Assembly: GCA_964057225.1 (NCBI GenBank)
Contig: OZ059897.1
Location: 18,724,001 to 18,788,000 of the forward strand
Length of the DNA: 64,000 bases
Direction of reading: 5' to 3'
Origin: Auanema rhodensis
Taxonomy: Eukaryota > Animalia > Nematoda
Both the position numbers and the translations under genes were made by a program. Shown here piece after piece: positions 11,001-24,200 of this stretch (position 1 is the stretch's first letter; the number at the start of each line of letters is the position of its first letter). Under the pieces are notes generated by a model. It did not search any database, was not told the DNA's origin, and worked only from the letters and a program-made list of their open reading frames with translations.

Positions 11001-14000
11001 TTTCAAGGCAAAGACGATGGACAATGTTATTCAACGAAAAAATTATTTCTTCAGGGTGAAAATCGAGGATATAAGTGTGAACTTATATCAGTTGATATCT
11101 CGGTGCATTTTTAAGCTAGCGCAAATCTGATAACACAGATCGACGCAGCTTAAAAATCCGCATCGAATGCACTATACTACATTGAGAAACGCTTGATACA
11201 AAAATTAGTTATGATCGTTTGAAAAATGATGCATTAGTGTATGTTGAGTTTCCATGTACACTCAACATTGCTTCCAAAAACATTTTGACAAAAATTTTTT
11301 CGAAAAATTTCAAAATAATTTAGCAAAAAGTAGATGTTTTTAGATTCCATTTTTCAAGGCAAAGACGATGGACAATGTTATTCAACGAAAAAATTAATTC
11401 TTCAGGGTGAAAATCGAGGATATAAGTGTGAACTTATATCAGTTGATATCTCGGTGCATTTTTAAGCTAGCGCAAATCTGATAACACAGATCGACGCAGC
11501 TTAAAAATCCGCATCGAATGCACTATACTACATTAAGAAACGCTTGATACAAAAATTAGTTATGATCGTTTGAAAAATGATGCATTAGTGTATGTTGAGT
11601 TTCCATGTACACTCAACATTGCTTCCAAAAACATTTTGACAAAAATTTTTTCGAAAAATTTCAAAATAATTTAGCAAAAAGTAGATGTTTTTAGATTCCA
11701 TTTTTCAAGGCAAAGACGATGGACAATGTTATTCAACGAAGAAATTAATTCTTCAGGGTGAAAATCGAGGATATAAGTGTGAACTTATATCAGTTGATAT
11801 CTCGGTGCATTTTTAAGCTAGCGCAAATCTGATAACACAGATCGACGCAGCTTAAAAATCCGCATCGAATGCACTATACTACATTGAGAAACGCGTGATA
11901 CAAAAATTAGTTATGATCGTTTGAAAAATGATGCATTAGTGTATGTTGAGTTTCCATGTACACTCAACATTGCTTCCAAAAACATTTTGACAAAAATTTT
12001 TTCGAAAAATTTCAAAATAATTTAGCAAAAAGTAGATGTTTTTAGATTCCTTTTTTCAAGGCAAAGACGATGGACAATGTTATTCAACGAAAAAATTATT
12101 TCTTCAGGGTGAAAATCGAGGATATAAGTGTGAACTTATATCAGTTGATATCTCGGTGCATTTTTAAGCTAGCGCAAATCTGATAACACAGATCGACGCA
12201 GCTTAAAAATCCGCATCGAATGCACTATACTACATTGAAAAACGCTTGATACAAAAATTAGTTATGATCGTTTGAAAAATGATGCATTAGTGTATGTTGA
12301 GTTTCCATGTACACTCAACATTGCTTCCAAAAACATTTTGACAAAAATTTTTTCGAAAAATTTCAAAATAATTTAGCAAAAAGTAGATGTTTTTAGATTC
12401 CTTTTTTCAAGGCAAAGACGATGGACAATGTTATTCAACGAAAAAATTATTTCTTCAGGGTGAAAATCGAGGATATAAGTGTGAACTTATATCAGTTGAT
12501 ATCTCGGTGCATTTTTAAGCTAGCGCAAATCTGATAACACAGATCGACGCAGCTTAAAAATCCGCATCGAATGCACTATACTACATTGAGAAACGCTTGA
12601 TACAAAAATTAGTTATGATCGTTTGAAAAATGATGCATTAGTGTATGTTGAGTTTCCATGTACACTCAACATTGCTTCCAAAAACATTTTGACAAAAATT
12701 TTTTCGAAAAATTTCAAAATAATTTAGCAAAAAGTAGATGTTTTTAGATTCCATTTTTCAAGGCAAAGACGATGGACAATGTTATTCAACGAAAAAATTA
12801 ATTCTTCAGGGTGAAAATCGAGGATATAAGTGTGAACTTATATCAGTTGATATCTCGGTGCATTTTTAAGCTAGCGCAAATCTGATAACACAGATCGACG
12901 CAGCTTAAAAATCCGCATCGAATGCACTATACTACATTGAGAAACGCTTAATACAAAAATTAGTTATGATCGTTTGAAAAATGATGCATTAGTGTATGTT
13001 GAGTTTCCATGTACACTCAACATTGCTTCCAAAAACATTTTGACAAAAATTTTTTCGAAAAATTTCAAAATAATTTAGCAAAAAGTAGATGTTTTTAGAT
13101 TCCTTTTTTCAAGGCAAAAACGATGGACAATGTTATTCAACGAAAAAATTATTTCTTCAGGGTGAAAATCGAGGATATAAGTGTGAACTTATATCAGTTG
13201 ATATCTCGGTGCATTTTTAAGCTAGCGCAAATCTGATAACACAGATCGACGCAGCTTAAAAATCCGGATCGAATGCACTATACTACATTAAGAAACACTT
13301 GATACAAAAATTAGTTATGATCGTTTGAAAAATGATGCATTAGTGTATGTTGAGTTTCCATGTACACTCAACATTGCTTCCAAAAACATTTTGACAAAAA
13401 TTTTTTCGAAAAATTTCAAAATAATTTAGCAAAAAGTAGATGTTTTTAGATTCCATTTTTCAAGGCAAAGACGATGGACAATGTTATTCAACGAAAAAAT
13501 TAATTCTTCAGAGTGAAAATCGAGGATATAAGTGTGAACTTATATCAGTTGATATCTCGGTGCATTTTTAAGCTAGCGCAAATCTGATAACACAGATCGA
13601 CGCAGCTTAAAAATCCGCATCGAATGCACTATACTACATTAAGAAACGCTTGATACAAAAATTAGTTATGATCGTTTGAAAAATGATGCATTAGTGTATG
13701 TTGAGTTTCCATGTACACTCAACATTGCTTCCAAAAACATTTTGACAAAAATTTTTTCGAAAAATTTCAAAATAATTTAGCAAAAAGTAGATGTTTTTAG
13801 ATTCCATTTTTCAAGGCAAAGACGATGGACAATGTTATTCAACGAAGAAATTAATTCTTCAGGGTGAAAATCGAGGATATAAGTGTGAACTTATATCAGT
13901 TGATATCTCGGTGCATTTTTAAGCTAGCGCAAATCTGATAACACAGATCGACGCAGCTTAAAAATCCGCATCGAATGCACTATACTACATTGAGAAACGC

Positions 14001-17000
14001 GTGATACAAAAATTAGTTATGATCGTTTGAAAAATGATGCATTAGTGTATGTTGAGTTTCCATGTACACTCAACATTGCTTCCAAAAACATTTTGACAAA
14101 AATTTTTTCGAAAAATTTCAAAATAATTTAGCAAAAAGTAGATGTTTTTAGATTCCTTTTTTCAAGGCAAAGACGATGGACAATGTTATTCAACGAAAAA
14201 ATTATTTCTTCAGGGTGAAAATCGAGGATATAAGTGTGAACTTATATCAGTTGATATCTCGGTGCATTTTTAAGCTAGCGCAAATCTGATAACACAGATC
14301 GACGCAGCTTAAAAATCCGCATCGAATGCACTATACTACATTGAAAAACGCTTGATACAAAAATTAGTTATGATCGTTTGAAAAATGATGCATTAGTGTA
14401 TGCTGAGTTTCCATGTACACTCAACATTGCTTCCAAAAACATTTCGACAAAAATTTTTTCGAAAAATTTCAAAATAATTTAGCAAAACGTAGATGTTTTT
14501 AGATTCCATTTCTCAAGGCAAAGACGATAGACAATGTTATTCAACGAAAAAATTAATTCTTCAGGGTGAAAATCGAGGGTATAAGTGTGAACTTATATCA
14601 GTTGATATCTCGGTGCATTTTTAAGCTAGCGCAAATCTGATAACACAGATCGACGCAGCTTAAAAATCCGCATCGAATGCACTATACTACATTGAGAAAC
14701 GCTTAATACAAAAATTAGTTATGATCGTTTGAAAAATGATGCATTAGTGTATGTTGAGTTTCCATGTACACTCAACATTGCTTCCAAAAACATTTTGACA
14801 AAAATTTTTTCGAAAAATTTCAAAATAATTTAGCAAAAAGTAGATGTTTTTAGATTCCATTTTTCAAGGCAAAGACGATGGACAATGTTATTCAACGAAG
14901 AAATTAATTCTTCAGGGTGAAAATCGAGGATATAAGTGTGAACTTATATCAGTTGATATCTCGGTGCATTTTTAAGCTAGCGCAAATCTGATAACACAGA
15001 TCGACGCAGCTTAAAAATCCGCATCGAATGCACTATACTACATTGAGAAACGCGTGATACAAAAATTAGTTATGATCGTTTGAAAAATGATGCATTAGTG
15101 TATGTTGAGTTTCCATGTACACTCAACATTGCTTCCAAAAACATTTTGACAAAAATTTTTTCGAAAAATTTCAAAATAATTTAGCAAAAAGTAGATGTTT
15201 TTAGATTCCTTTTTTCAAGGCAAAGACGATGGACAATGTTATTCAACGAAAAAATTATTTCTTCAGGGTGAAAATCGAGGATATAAGTGTGAACTTATAT
15301 CAGTTGATATCTCGGTGCATTTTTAAGCTAGCGCAAATCTGATAACACAGATCGACGCAGCTTAAAAATCCGCATCGAATGCACTATACTACATTGAAAA
15401 ACGCTTGATACAAAAATTAGTTATGATCGTTTGAAAAATGATGCATTAGTGTATGCTGAGTTTCCATGTACACTCAACATTGCTTCCAAAAACATTTCGA
15501 CAAAAATTTTTTCGAAAAATTTCAAAATAATTTAGCAAAACGTAGATGTTTTTAGATTCCATTTCTCAAGGCAAAGACGATAGACAATGTTATTCAACGA
15601 AAAAATTAATTCTTCAGGGTGAAAATCGAGGGTATAAGTGTGAACTTATATCAGTTGATATCTCGGTGCATTTTTAAGCTAGCGCAAATCTGATAACACA
15701 GATCGACGCAGCTTAAAAATCCGCATCGAATGCACTATACTACATTGAGAAACGCTTAATACAAAAATTAGTTATGATCGTTTGAAAAATGATGCATTAG
15801 TGTATGTTGAGTTTCCATGTACACTCAACATTGCTTCCAAAAACATTTTGACAAAAATTTTTTCGAAAAATTTCAAAATAATTTAGCAAAAAGTAGATGT
15901 TTTTAGATTCCTTTTTTCAAGGCAAAAACGATGGACAATGTTATTCAACGAAAAAATTATTTCTTCAGGGTGAAAATCGAGGATATAAGTGTGAACTTAT
16001 ATCAGTTGATATCTCGGTGCATTTTTAAGCTAGCGCAAATCTGATAACACAGATCGACGCAGCTTAAAAATCCGGATCGAATGCACTATACTACATTAAG
16101 AAACACTTGATACAAAAATTAGTTATGATCGTTTGAAAAATGATGCATTAGTGTATGTTGAGTTTCCATGTACACTCAACATTGCTTCCAAAAACATTTT
16201 GACAAAAATTTTTTCGAAAAATTTCAAAATAATTTAGCAAAAAGTAGATGTTTTAAGATTTCATTTTTCAAGGCGAAGACGATGGACAATGTTATTCAAC
16301 GAAAAAATTAATTCTTCAGGGTGAAAATCGAGGATATAAGTGTGAACTTATATCAGTTGATATCTCGGTGCATTTTTAAGCTAGCGCAAATCTGATAACA
16401 CAGATCGACGCAACTTAAAAATCCGCATCGAATGCACTATACTACATTGAGAAACGCTTAATACAAAAATTAGTTATGATCGTTTGAAAAATGATGCATT
16501 AGTGTATGTTGAGTTTCCATGTACACTCAACATTGCTTCCAAAAACATTTTGACAAAAATTTTTTCGAAAAATTTCAAAATAATTTAGCAAAAAGTAGAT
16601 GTTTTTAGATTCCATTTTTCAAGGCAAAGACGATGGACAATGTTATTCAACGAAAAAATTATTTCTTCAGGGTGAAAATCGAGGATATAAGTGTGAACTT
16701 ATATCAGTTGATATCTCGGTGCATTTTTAAGCTAGCGCAAATCTGATAACACAGATCGACGCAGCTTAAAAATCCGCATCGAATGCACTATACTACATTG
16801 AGAAACGCTTAATACAAAAATTAGTTATGATCGTTCGAAAAATGATGCATTAGTGTATGTTGAGTTTCCATGTACACTCAACATTGCTTCCAAAAACATT
16901 TTGACAAAAATTTTTTCGAAAAATTTCAAAATAATTTAGCAAAAAATAGATGTTTTTAGATTCCATTTTTCAAGGCAAAGACGATGGACAATGTTATTCA

Positions 17001-17550
17001 ACGAAAAAATTAATTCTTCAGGGTGAAAATCGAGGATATAAGTGTGAACTTATATCAGTTGATATCTCGGTGCATTTTTAAGCTAGCGCAAATCTGATAA
17101 CACAGATCGACGCAGCTTAAAAATCCGCATCGAATGCACTATACTACATTGAGAAACGCTTAATACAAAAATTAGTTATGATCGTTTGAAAAATGATGCA
17201 TTAGTGTATGTTGAGTTTCCATGTACACTCAACATTGCTTCCAAAAACATTTTGACAAAAATTTTTTCGAAAAATTTCAAAATAATTTAGCAAAAAGTAG
17301 ATGTTTTAAGATTCCATTTTTCAAGGCAAAGACGATGGACAATGTTATTCAACGAAAAAATTAATTCTTCAGGGTGAAAATCGAGGATATAAGTGTGAAC
17401 TTATATCAGTTGATATCTCGGTGCATTTTAAAGCTAGCGCAAATCTGATAACACAGATCGACGCAGCTCAAAAATCCGCATCGAATGCACTATATTACAT
17501 TGAGAAAAGCTTAATACAAAAATTAGTTATGATCGTTTGAAAAATGATGC
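8074..17550 (+). repeat. Multi-monomer block, copy 1 (M24-M50)
   Basis: An ordered series of rare haplotypes recurs in the same order at M76-86 and M111-130. Confidence 0.85.
12637..12987 (+). repeat. Representative consensus-type monomer (M37), ~31% GC
   Basis: Carries the majority allele at the variable sites read (p93 A, p117 A, p165 A, p303 G, p314 A). Hand count gives 110 G+C in 351 nt. Confidence 0.9.
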
Positions 17551-18252
17551 ATTAGTGTATGTTGAGTTTCCATGTACACTCAACATTGCTTCCAAAAACA
17601 TTTTGACAAAAATTTTTTCGAAAAATTTCAAAATAATTTAGCGAAAAGTAGATGTTTTTAGATTCCATTTTTCAAGGCAAAGACGATGGACAATGTTATT
17701 CAACGAAAAAATTAATTCTTCAGGGTGAAAATCGAGGATATAAGTGTGAACTTATATCAGTTGATATCTCGGTGCATTTTTAAGCTAGCGCAAATCTGAT
17801 AACACAGATCGACGCAGCTTAAAAATCCGCATCGAATGCACTATACTACATTGAGAAACGCTTGATACAAAAATTAGTTATGATCGTTTGAAAAATGATG
17901 CATTAGTGTATGTTGAGTTTCCATGTACACTCAACATTGCTTCCAAAAACATTTTGACAAAAATTTTTTCGAAAAATTTCAAAATAATTTAGCAAAAAGT
18001 AGATGTTTTTAGATTCCATTTTTCAAGGCAAAGACGATGGACAATGTTATTCAACGAAAAAATTAATTCTTCAGGGTGAAAATCGAGGATATAAGTGTGA
18101 ACTTATATCAGTTGATATCTCGGTGCATTTTAAAGCTAGCGCAAATCTGATAACACAGATCGACGCAGCTCAAAAATCCGCATCGAATGCACTATATTAC
18201 ATTGAGAAAAGCTTAATACAAAAATTAGTTATGATCGTTTGAAAAATGATGC

Positions 18253-21200
18253 ATTAGTGTATGTTGAGTTTCCATGTACACTCAACATTGCTTCCAAAAA
18301 CATTTTGACAAAAATTTTTTCGAAAAATTTCAAAATAATTTAGCGAAAAGTAGATGTTTTTAGATTCCATTTTTCAAGGCAAAGACGATGGACAATGTTA
18401 TTCAACGAAAAAATTAATTCTTCAGGGTGAAAATCGAGGATATAAGTGTGAACTTATATCAGTTGATATCTCGGTGCATTTTTAAGCTAGCGCAAATCTG
18501 ATAACACAGATCGACGCAGCTTAAAAATCCGCATCGAATGCACTATACTACATTGAGAAACGCTTAATACAAAAATTAGTTATGATCGTTTGAAAAATGA
18601 TGCATTAGTGTATGTTGAGTTTCCATGTACACTCAACATTGCTTCCAAAAACATTTTGACAAAAATTTTTTCGAAAAATTTCAAAATAATTTAGCAAAAA
18701 GTAGATGTTTTAAGATTCCATTTTTCAAGGCAAAGACGATGGACAATGTTATTCAACGAAAAAATTAATTCTTCAGGGTGAAAATCGAGGATATAAGTGT
18801 GAACTTATATCAGTTGATATCTCGGTGCATTTTAAAGCTAGCGCAAATCTGATAACACAGATCGACGCAGCTCAAAAATCCGCATCGAATGCACTATATT
18901 ACATTGAGAAAAGCTTAATACAAAAATTAGTTATGATCGTTTGAAAAATGATGCATTAGTGTATGTTGAGTTTCCATGTACACTCAACATTGCTTCCAAA
19001 AACATTTTGACAAAAATTTTTTCGAAAAATTTCAAAATAATTTAGCGAAAAGTAGATGTTTTTAGATTCCATTTTTCAAGGCAAAGACGATGGACAATGT
19101 TATTCAACGAAAAAATTAATTCTTCAGGGTGAAAATCGAGGATATAAGTGTGAACTTATATCAGTTGATATCTCGGTGCATTTTTAAGCTAGCGCAAATC
19201 TGATAACACAGATCGACGCAGCTTAAAAATCCGCATCGAATGCACTATCCTACATTAAGAAACGCTTGATACAAAAATTAGTTATGATCGTTTGAAAAAT
19301 GATGCATTAGTGTATGTTGAGTTTCCATGTACACTCAACATTGCTTCCAAAAACATTTTGACAAAAATTTTTTCGAAAAATTTCAAAATAATTTAGCAAA
19401 AAGTAGATGTTTTTAGATTCCATTTTTCAAGGCAAAGACGATGGACAATGTTATTCAACGAAAAAATTAATTCTTCAGGGTGAAAATCGAGGATATAAGT
19501 GTGAACTTATATCAGTTGATATCTCGGTGCATTTTTAAGCTAGCGCAAATCTGATAACACAGATCGACGCAGCTTAAAAATCCGCATCGAATGCACTATC
19601 CTACATTAAGAAACGCTTGATACAAAAATTAGTTATGATCGTTTGAAAAATGATGCATTAGTGTATGTTGAGTTTCCATGTACACTCAACATTGCTTCCA
19701 AAAACATTTTGACAAAAATTTTTTCGAAAAATTTCAAAATAATTTAGCGAAAAGTAGATGTTTTTAGATTCCATTTTTCAAGGCAAAGACGATGGACAAT
19801 GTTATTCAACGAAAAAATTAATTCTTCAGGGTGAAAATCGAGGATATAAGTGTGAACTTATATCAGTTGATATCTCGGTGCATTTTTAAGCTAGCGCAAA
19901 TCTGATAACACAGATCGACGCAGCTTAAAAATCCGCATCGAATGCACTATACTACATTAAGAAACGCTTGATACAAAAATTAGTTATGATCGTTTGAAAA
20001 ATGATGCATTAGTGTATGTTGAGTTTCCATGTACACTCAACATTGCTTCCAAAAACATTTTGACAAAAATTTTTTCGAAAAATTTCAAAATAATTTAGCG
20101 AAAAGTAGATGTTTTTAGATTCCATTTTTCAAGGCAAAGACGATGGACAATGTTATTCAACGAAAAAATTAATTCTTCAGGGTGAAAATCGAGGATATAA
20201 GTGTGAACTTATATCAGTTGATATCTCGGTGCATTTTTAAGCTAGCGCAAATCTGATAACACAGATCGACGCAGCTTAAAAATCCGCATCGAATGCACTA
20301 TACTACATTGAGAAACGCTTGATACAAAAATTAGTTATGATCGTTTGAAAAATGATGCATTAGTGTATGTTGAGTTTCCATGTACACTCAACATTGCTTC
20401 CAAAAACATTTTGACAAAAATTTTTTCGAAAAATTTCAAAATAATTTAGCAAAAAGTAGATGTTTTTAGATTCCATTTTTCAAGGCAAAGACGATGGACA
20501 ATGTTATTCAACGAAAAAATTAATTCTTCAGGGTGAAAATCGAGGATATAAGTGTGAACTTATATCAGTTGATATCTCGGTGCATTTTTAAGCTAGCGCA
20601 AATCTGATAACACAGATCGACGCAGCTTCAAACTCCGCATCGAATGCACTATACTACATTGAGAAACGCTTAATACAAAAATTAGTTATGATCGTTTGAA
20701 AAATGATGCATTAGTGTATGTTGAGTTTCCATGTACACTCAACATTGCTTCCAAAAACATTTTGACAAAAATTTTTTCGAAAAATTTCAAAATAATTTAG
20801 CGAAAAGTAGATGTTTTTAGATTCCATTTTTCAAGGCAAAGACGATGGACAATGTTATTCAACGAAAAAATTAATTCTTCAGGGTGAAAATCGAGGATAT
20901 AAGTGTGAACTTATATCAGTTGATATCTCGGTGCATTTTTAAGCTAGCGCAAATCTGATAACACAGATCGACGCAGCTTCAAACTCCGCATCGAATGCAC
21001 TATACTACATTGAGAAACGCTTAATACAAAAATTAGTTATGATCGTTTGAAAAATGATGCATTAGTGTATGTTGAGTTTCCATGTACACTCAACATTGCT
21101 TCCAAAAACATTTTGACAAAAATTTTTTCGAAAAATTTCAAAATAATTTAGCGAAAAGTAGATGTTTTTAGATTCCATTTTTCAAGGCAAAGACGATGGA

Positions 21201-24200
21201 CAATGTTATTCAACGAAAAAATTAATTCTTCAGGGTGAAAATCGAGGATATAAGTGTGAACTTATATCAGTTGATATCTCGGTGCATTTTTAAGCTAGCG
21301 CAAATCTGATAACACAGATCGACGCAGCTTAAAAATCCGCATCGAATGCACTATACTACATTGAGAAACGCTTGATACAAAAATTAGTTATGATCGTTTG
21401 AAAAATGATGCATTAGTGTATGTTGAGTTTCCATGTACACTCAACATTGCTTCCAAAAACATTTTGACAAAAATTTTTTCGAAAAATTTCAGAATAATTT
21501 AGCGAAAAGTAGATGTTTTTAGATTCCATTTTTCAAGGCAAAGACGATGGACAATGTTATTCAACGAAAAAATTAATTCTTCAGGGTGAAAATCGAGGAT
21601 ATAAGTGTGAACTTATATCAGTTGATATCTCGGTGCATTTTTAAGCTAGCGCAAATCTGATAACACAGATCGACGCAGCTTAAAAATCCGCATCGAATGC
21701 ACTATACTACATTGAGAAACGCTTGATACAAAAATTAGTTATGATCGTTTGAAAAATGATGCATTAGTGTATGTTGAGTTTCCATGTACACTCAACATTG
21801 CTTCCAAAAACATTTTGACAAAAATTTTTTCGAAAAATTTCAAAATAATTTAGCAAAAAGTAGATGTTTTTAGATTCCATTTTTCAAGGCAAAGACGATG
21901 GACAATGTTATTCAACGAAAAAATTAATTCTTCAGGGTGAAAATCGAGGATATAAGTGTGAACTTATATCAGTTGATATCTCGGTGCATTTTTAAGCTAG
22001 CGCAAATCTGATAACACAGATCGACGCAGCTTCAAACTCCGCATCGAATGCACTATACTACATTGAGAAACGCTTAATACAAAAATTAGTTATGATCGTT
22101 TGAAAAATGATGCATTAGTGTATGTTGAGTTTCCATGTACACTCAACATTGCTTCCAAAAACATTTTGACAAAAATTTTTTCGAAAAATTTCAAAATAAT
22201 TTAGCGAAAAGTAGATGTTTTTAGATTCCATTTTTCAAGGCAAAGACGATGGACAATGTTATTCAACGAAAAAATTAATTCTTCAGGGTGAAAATCGAGG
22301 ATATAAGTGTGAACTTATATCAGTTGATATCTCGGTGCATTTTTAAGCTAGCGCAAATCTGATAACACAGATCGACGCAGCTTAAAAATCCGCATCGAAT
22401 GCACTATACTACATTGAGAAACGCTTAATACAAAAATTAGTTATGATCGTTTGAAAAATGATGCATTAGTGTATGTTGAGTTTCCATGTACACTCAACAT
22501 TGCTTCCAAAAACATTTTGACAAAAATTTTTTCGAAAAATTTCAAAATAATTTAGCAAAAAGTAGATGTTTTAAGATTCCATTTTTCAAGGCAAAGACGA
22601 TGGACAATGTTATTCAACGAAAAAATTAATTCTTCAGGGTGAAAATCGAGGATATAAGTGTGAACTTATATCAGTTGATATCTCGGTGCATTTTAAAGCT
22701 AGCGCAAATCTGATAACACAGATCGACGCAGCTCAAAAATCCGCATCGAATGCACTATATTACATTGAGAAAAGCTTAATACAAAAATTAGTTATGATCG
22801 TTTGAAAAATGATGCATTAGTGTATGTTGAGTTTCCATGTACACTCAACATTGCTTCCAAAAACATTTTGACAAAAATTTTTTCGAAAAATTTCAAAATA
22901 ATTTAGCGAAAAGTAGATGTTTTTAGATTCCATTTTTCAAGGCAAAGACGATGGACAATGTTATTCAACGAAAAAATTAATTCTTCAGGGTGAAAATCGA
23001 GGATATAAGTGTGAACTTATATCAGTTGATATCTCGGTGCATTTTTAAGCTAGCGCAAATCTGATAACACAGATCGACGCAGCTTAAAAATCCGCATCGA
23101 ATGCACTATACTACATTGAGAAACGCTTGATACAAAAATTAGTTATGATCGTTTGAAAAATGATGCATTAGTGTATGTTGAGTTTCCATGTACACTCAAC
23201 ATTGCTTCCAAAAACATTTTGACAAAAATTTTTTCGAAAAATTTCAAAATAATTTAGCAAAAAGTAGATGTTTTTAGATTCCATTTTTCAAGGCAAAGAC
23301 GATGGACAATGTTATTCAACGAAAAAATTAATTCTTCAGGGTGAAAATCGAGGATATAAGTGTGAACTTATATCAGTTGATATCTCGGTGCATTTTTAAG
23401 CTAGCGCAAATCTGATAACACAGATCGACGCAGCTTAAAAATCCGCATCGAATGCACTATCCTACATTAAGAAACGCTTGATACAAAAATTAGTTATGAT
23501 CGTTTGAAAAATGATGCATTAGTGTATGTTGAGTTTCCATGTACACTCAACATTGCTTCCAAAAACATTTTGACAAAAATTTTTTCGAAAAATTTCAAAA
23601 TAATTTAGCAAAAAGTAGATGTTTTTAGATTCCATTTTTCAAGGCAAAGACGATGGACAATGTTATTCAACGAAAAAATTAATTCTTCAGGGTGAAAATC
23701 GAGGATATAAGTGTGAACTTATATCAGTTGATATCTCGGTGCATTTTTAAGCTAGCGCAAATCTGATAACACAGATCGACGCAGCTTAAAAATCCGCATC
23801 GAATGCACTATCCTACATTAAGAAACGCTTGATACAAAAATTAGTTATGATCGTTTGAAAAATGATGCATTAGTGTATGTTGAGTTTCCATGTACACTCA
23901 ACATTGCTTCCAAAAACATTTTGACAAAAATTTTTTCGAAAAATTTCAAAATAATTTAGCGAAAAGTAGATGTTTTTAGATTCCATTTTTCAAGGCAAAG
24001 ACGATGGACAATGTTATTCAACGAAAAAATTAATTCTTCAGGGTGAAAATCGAGGATATAAGTGTGAACTTATATCAGTTGATATCTCGGTGCATTTTTA
24101 AGCTAGCGCAAATCTGATAACACAGATCGACGCAGCTTAAAAATCCGCATCGAATGCACTATACTACATTAAGAAACGCTTGATACAAAAATTAGTTATG

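Noticed and set aside
18003-18242. 79-aa ORF as a gene
   Set aside because: It lies wholly within a satellite monomer and is open only through SNPs at p231 and p270. The consensus has seven stops per monomer in this frame, and I recognise no domain.
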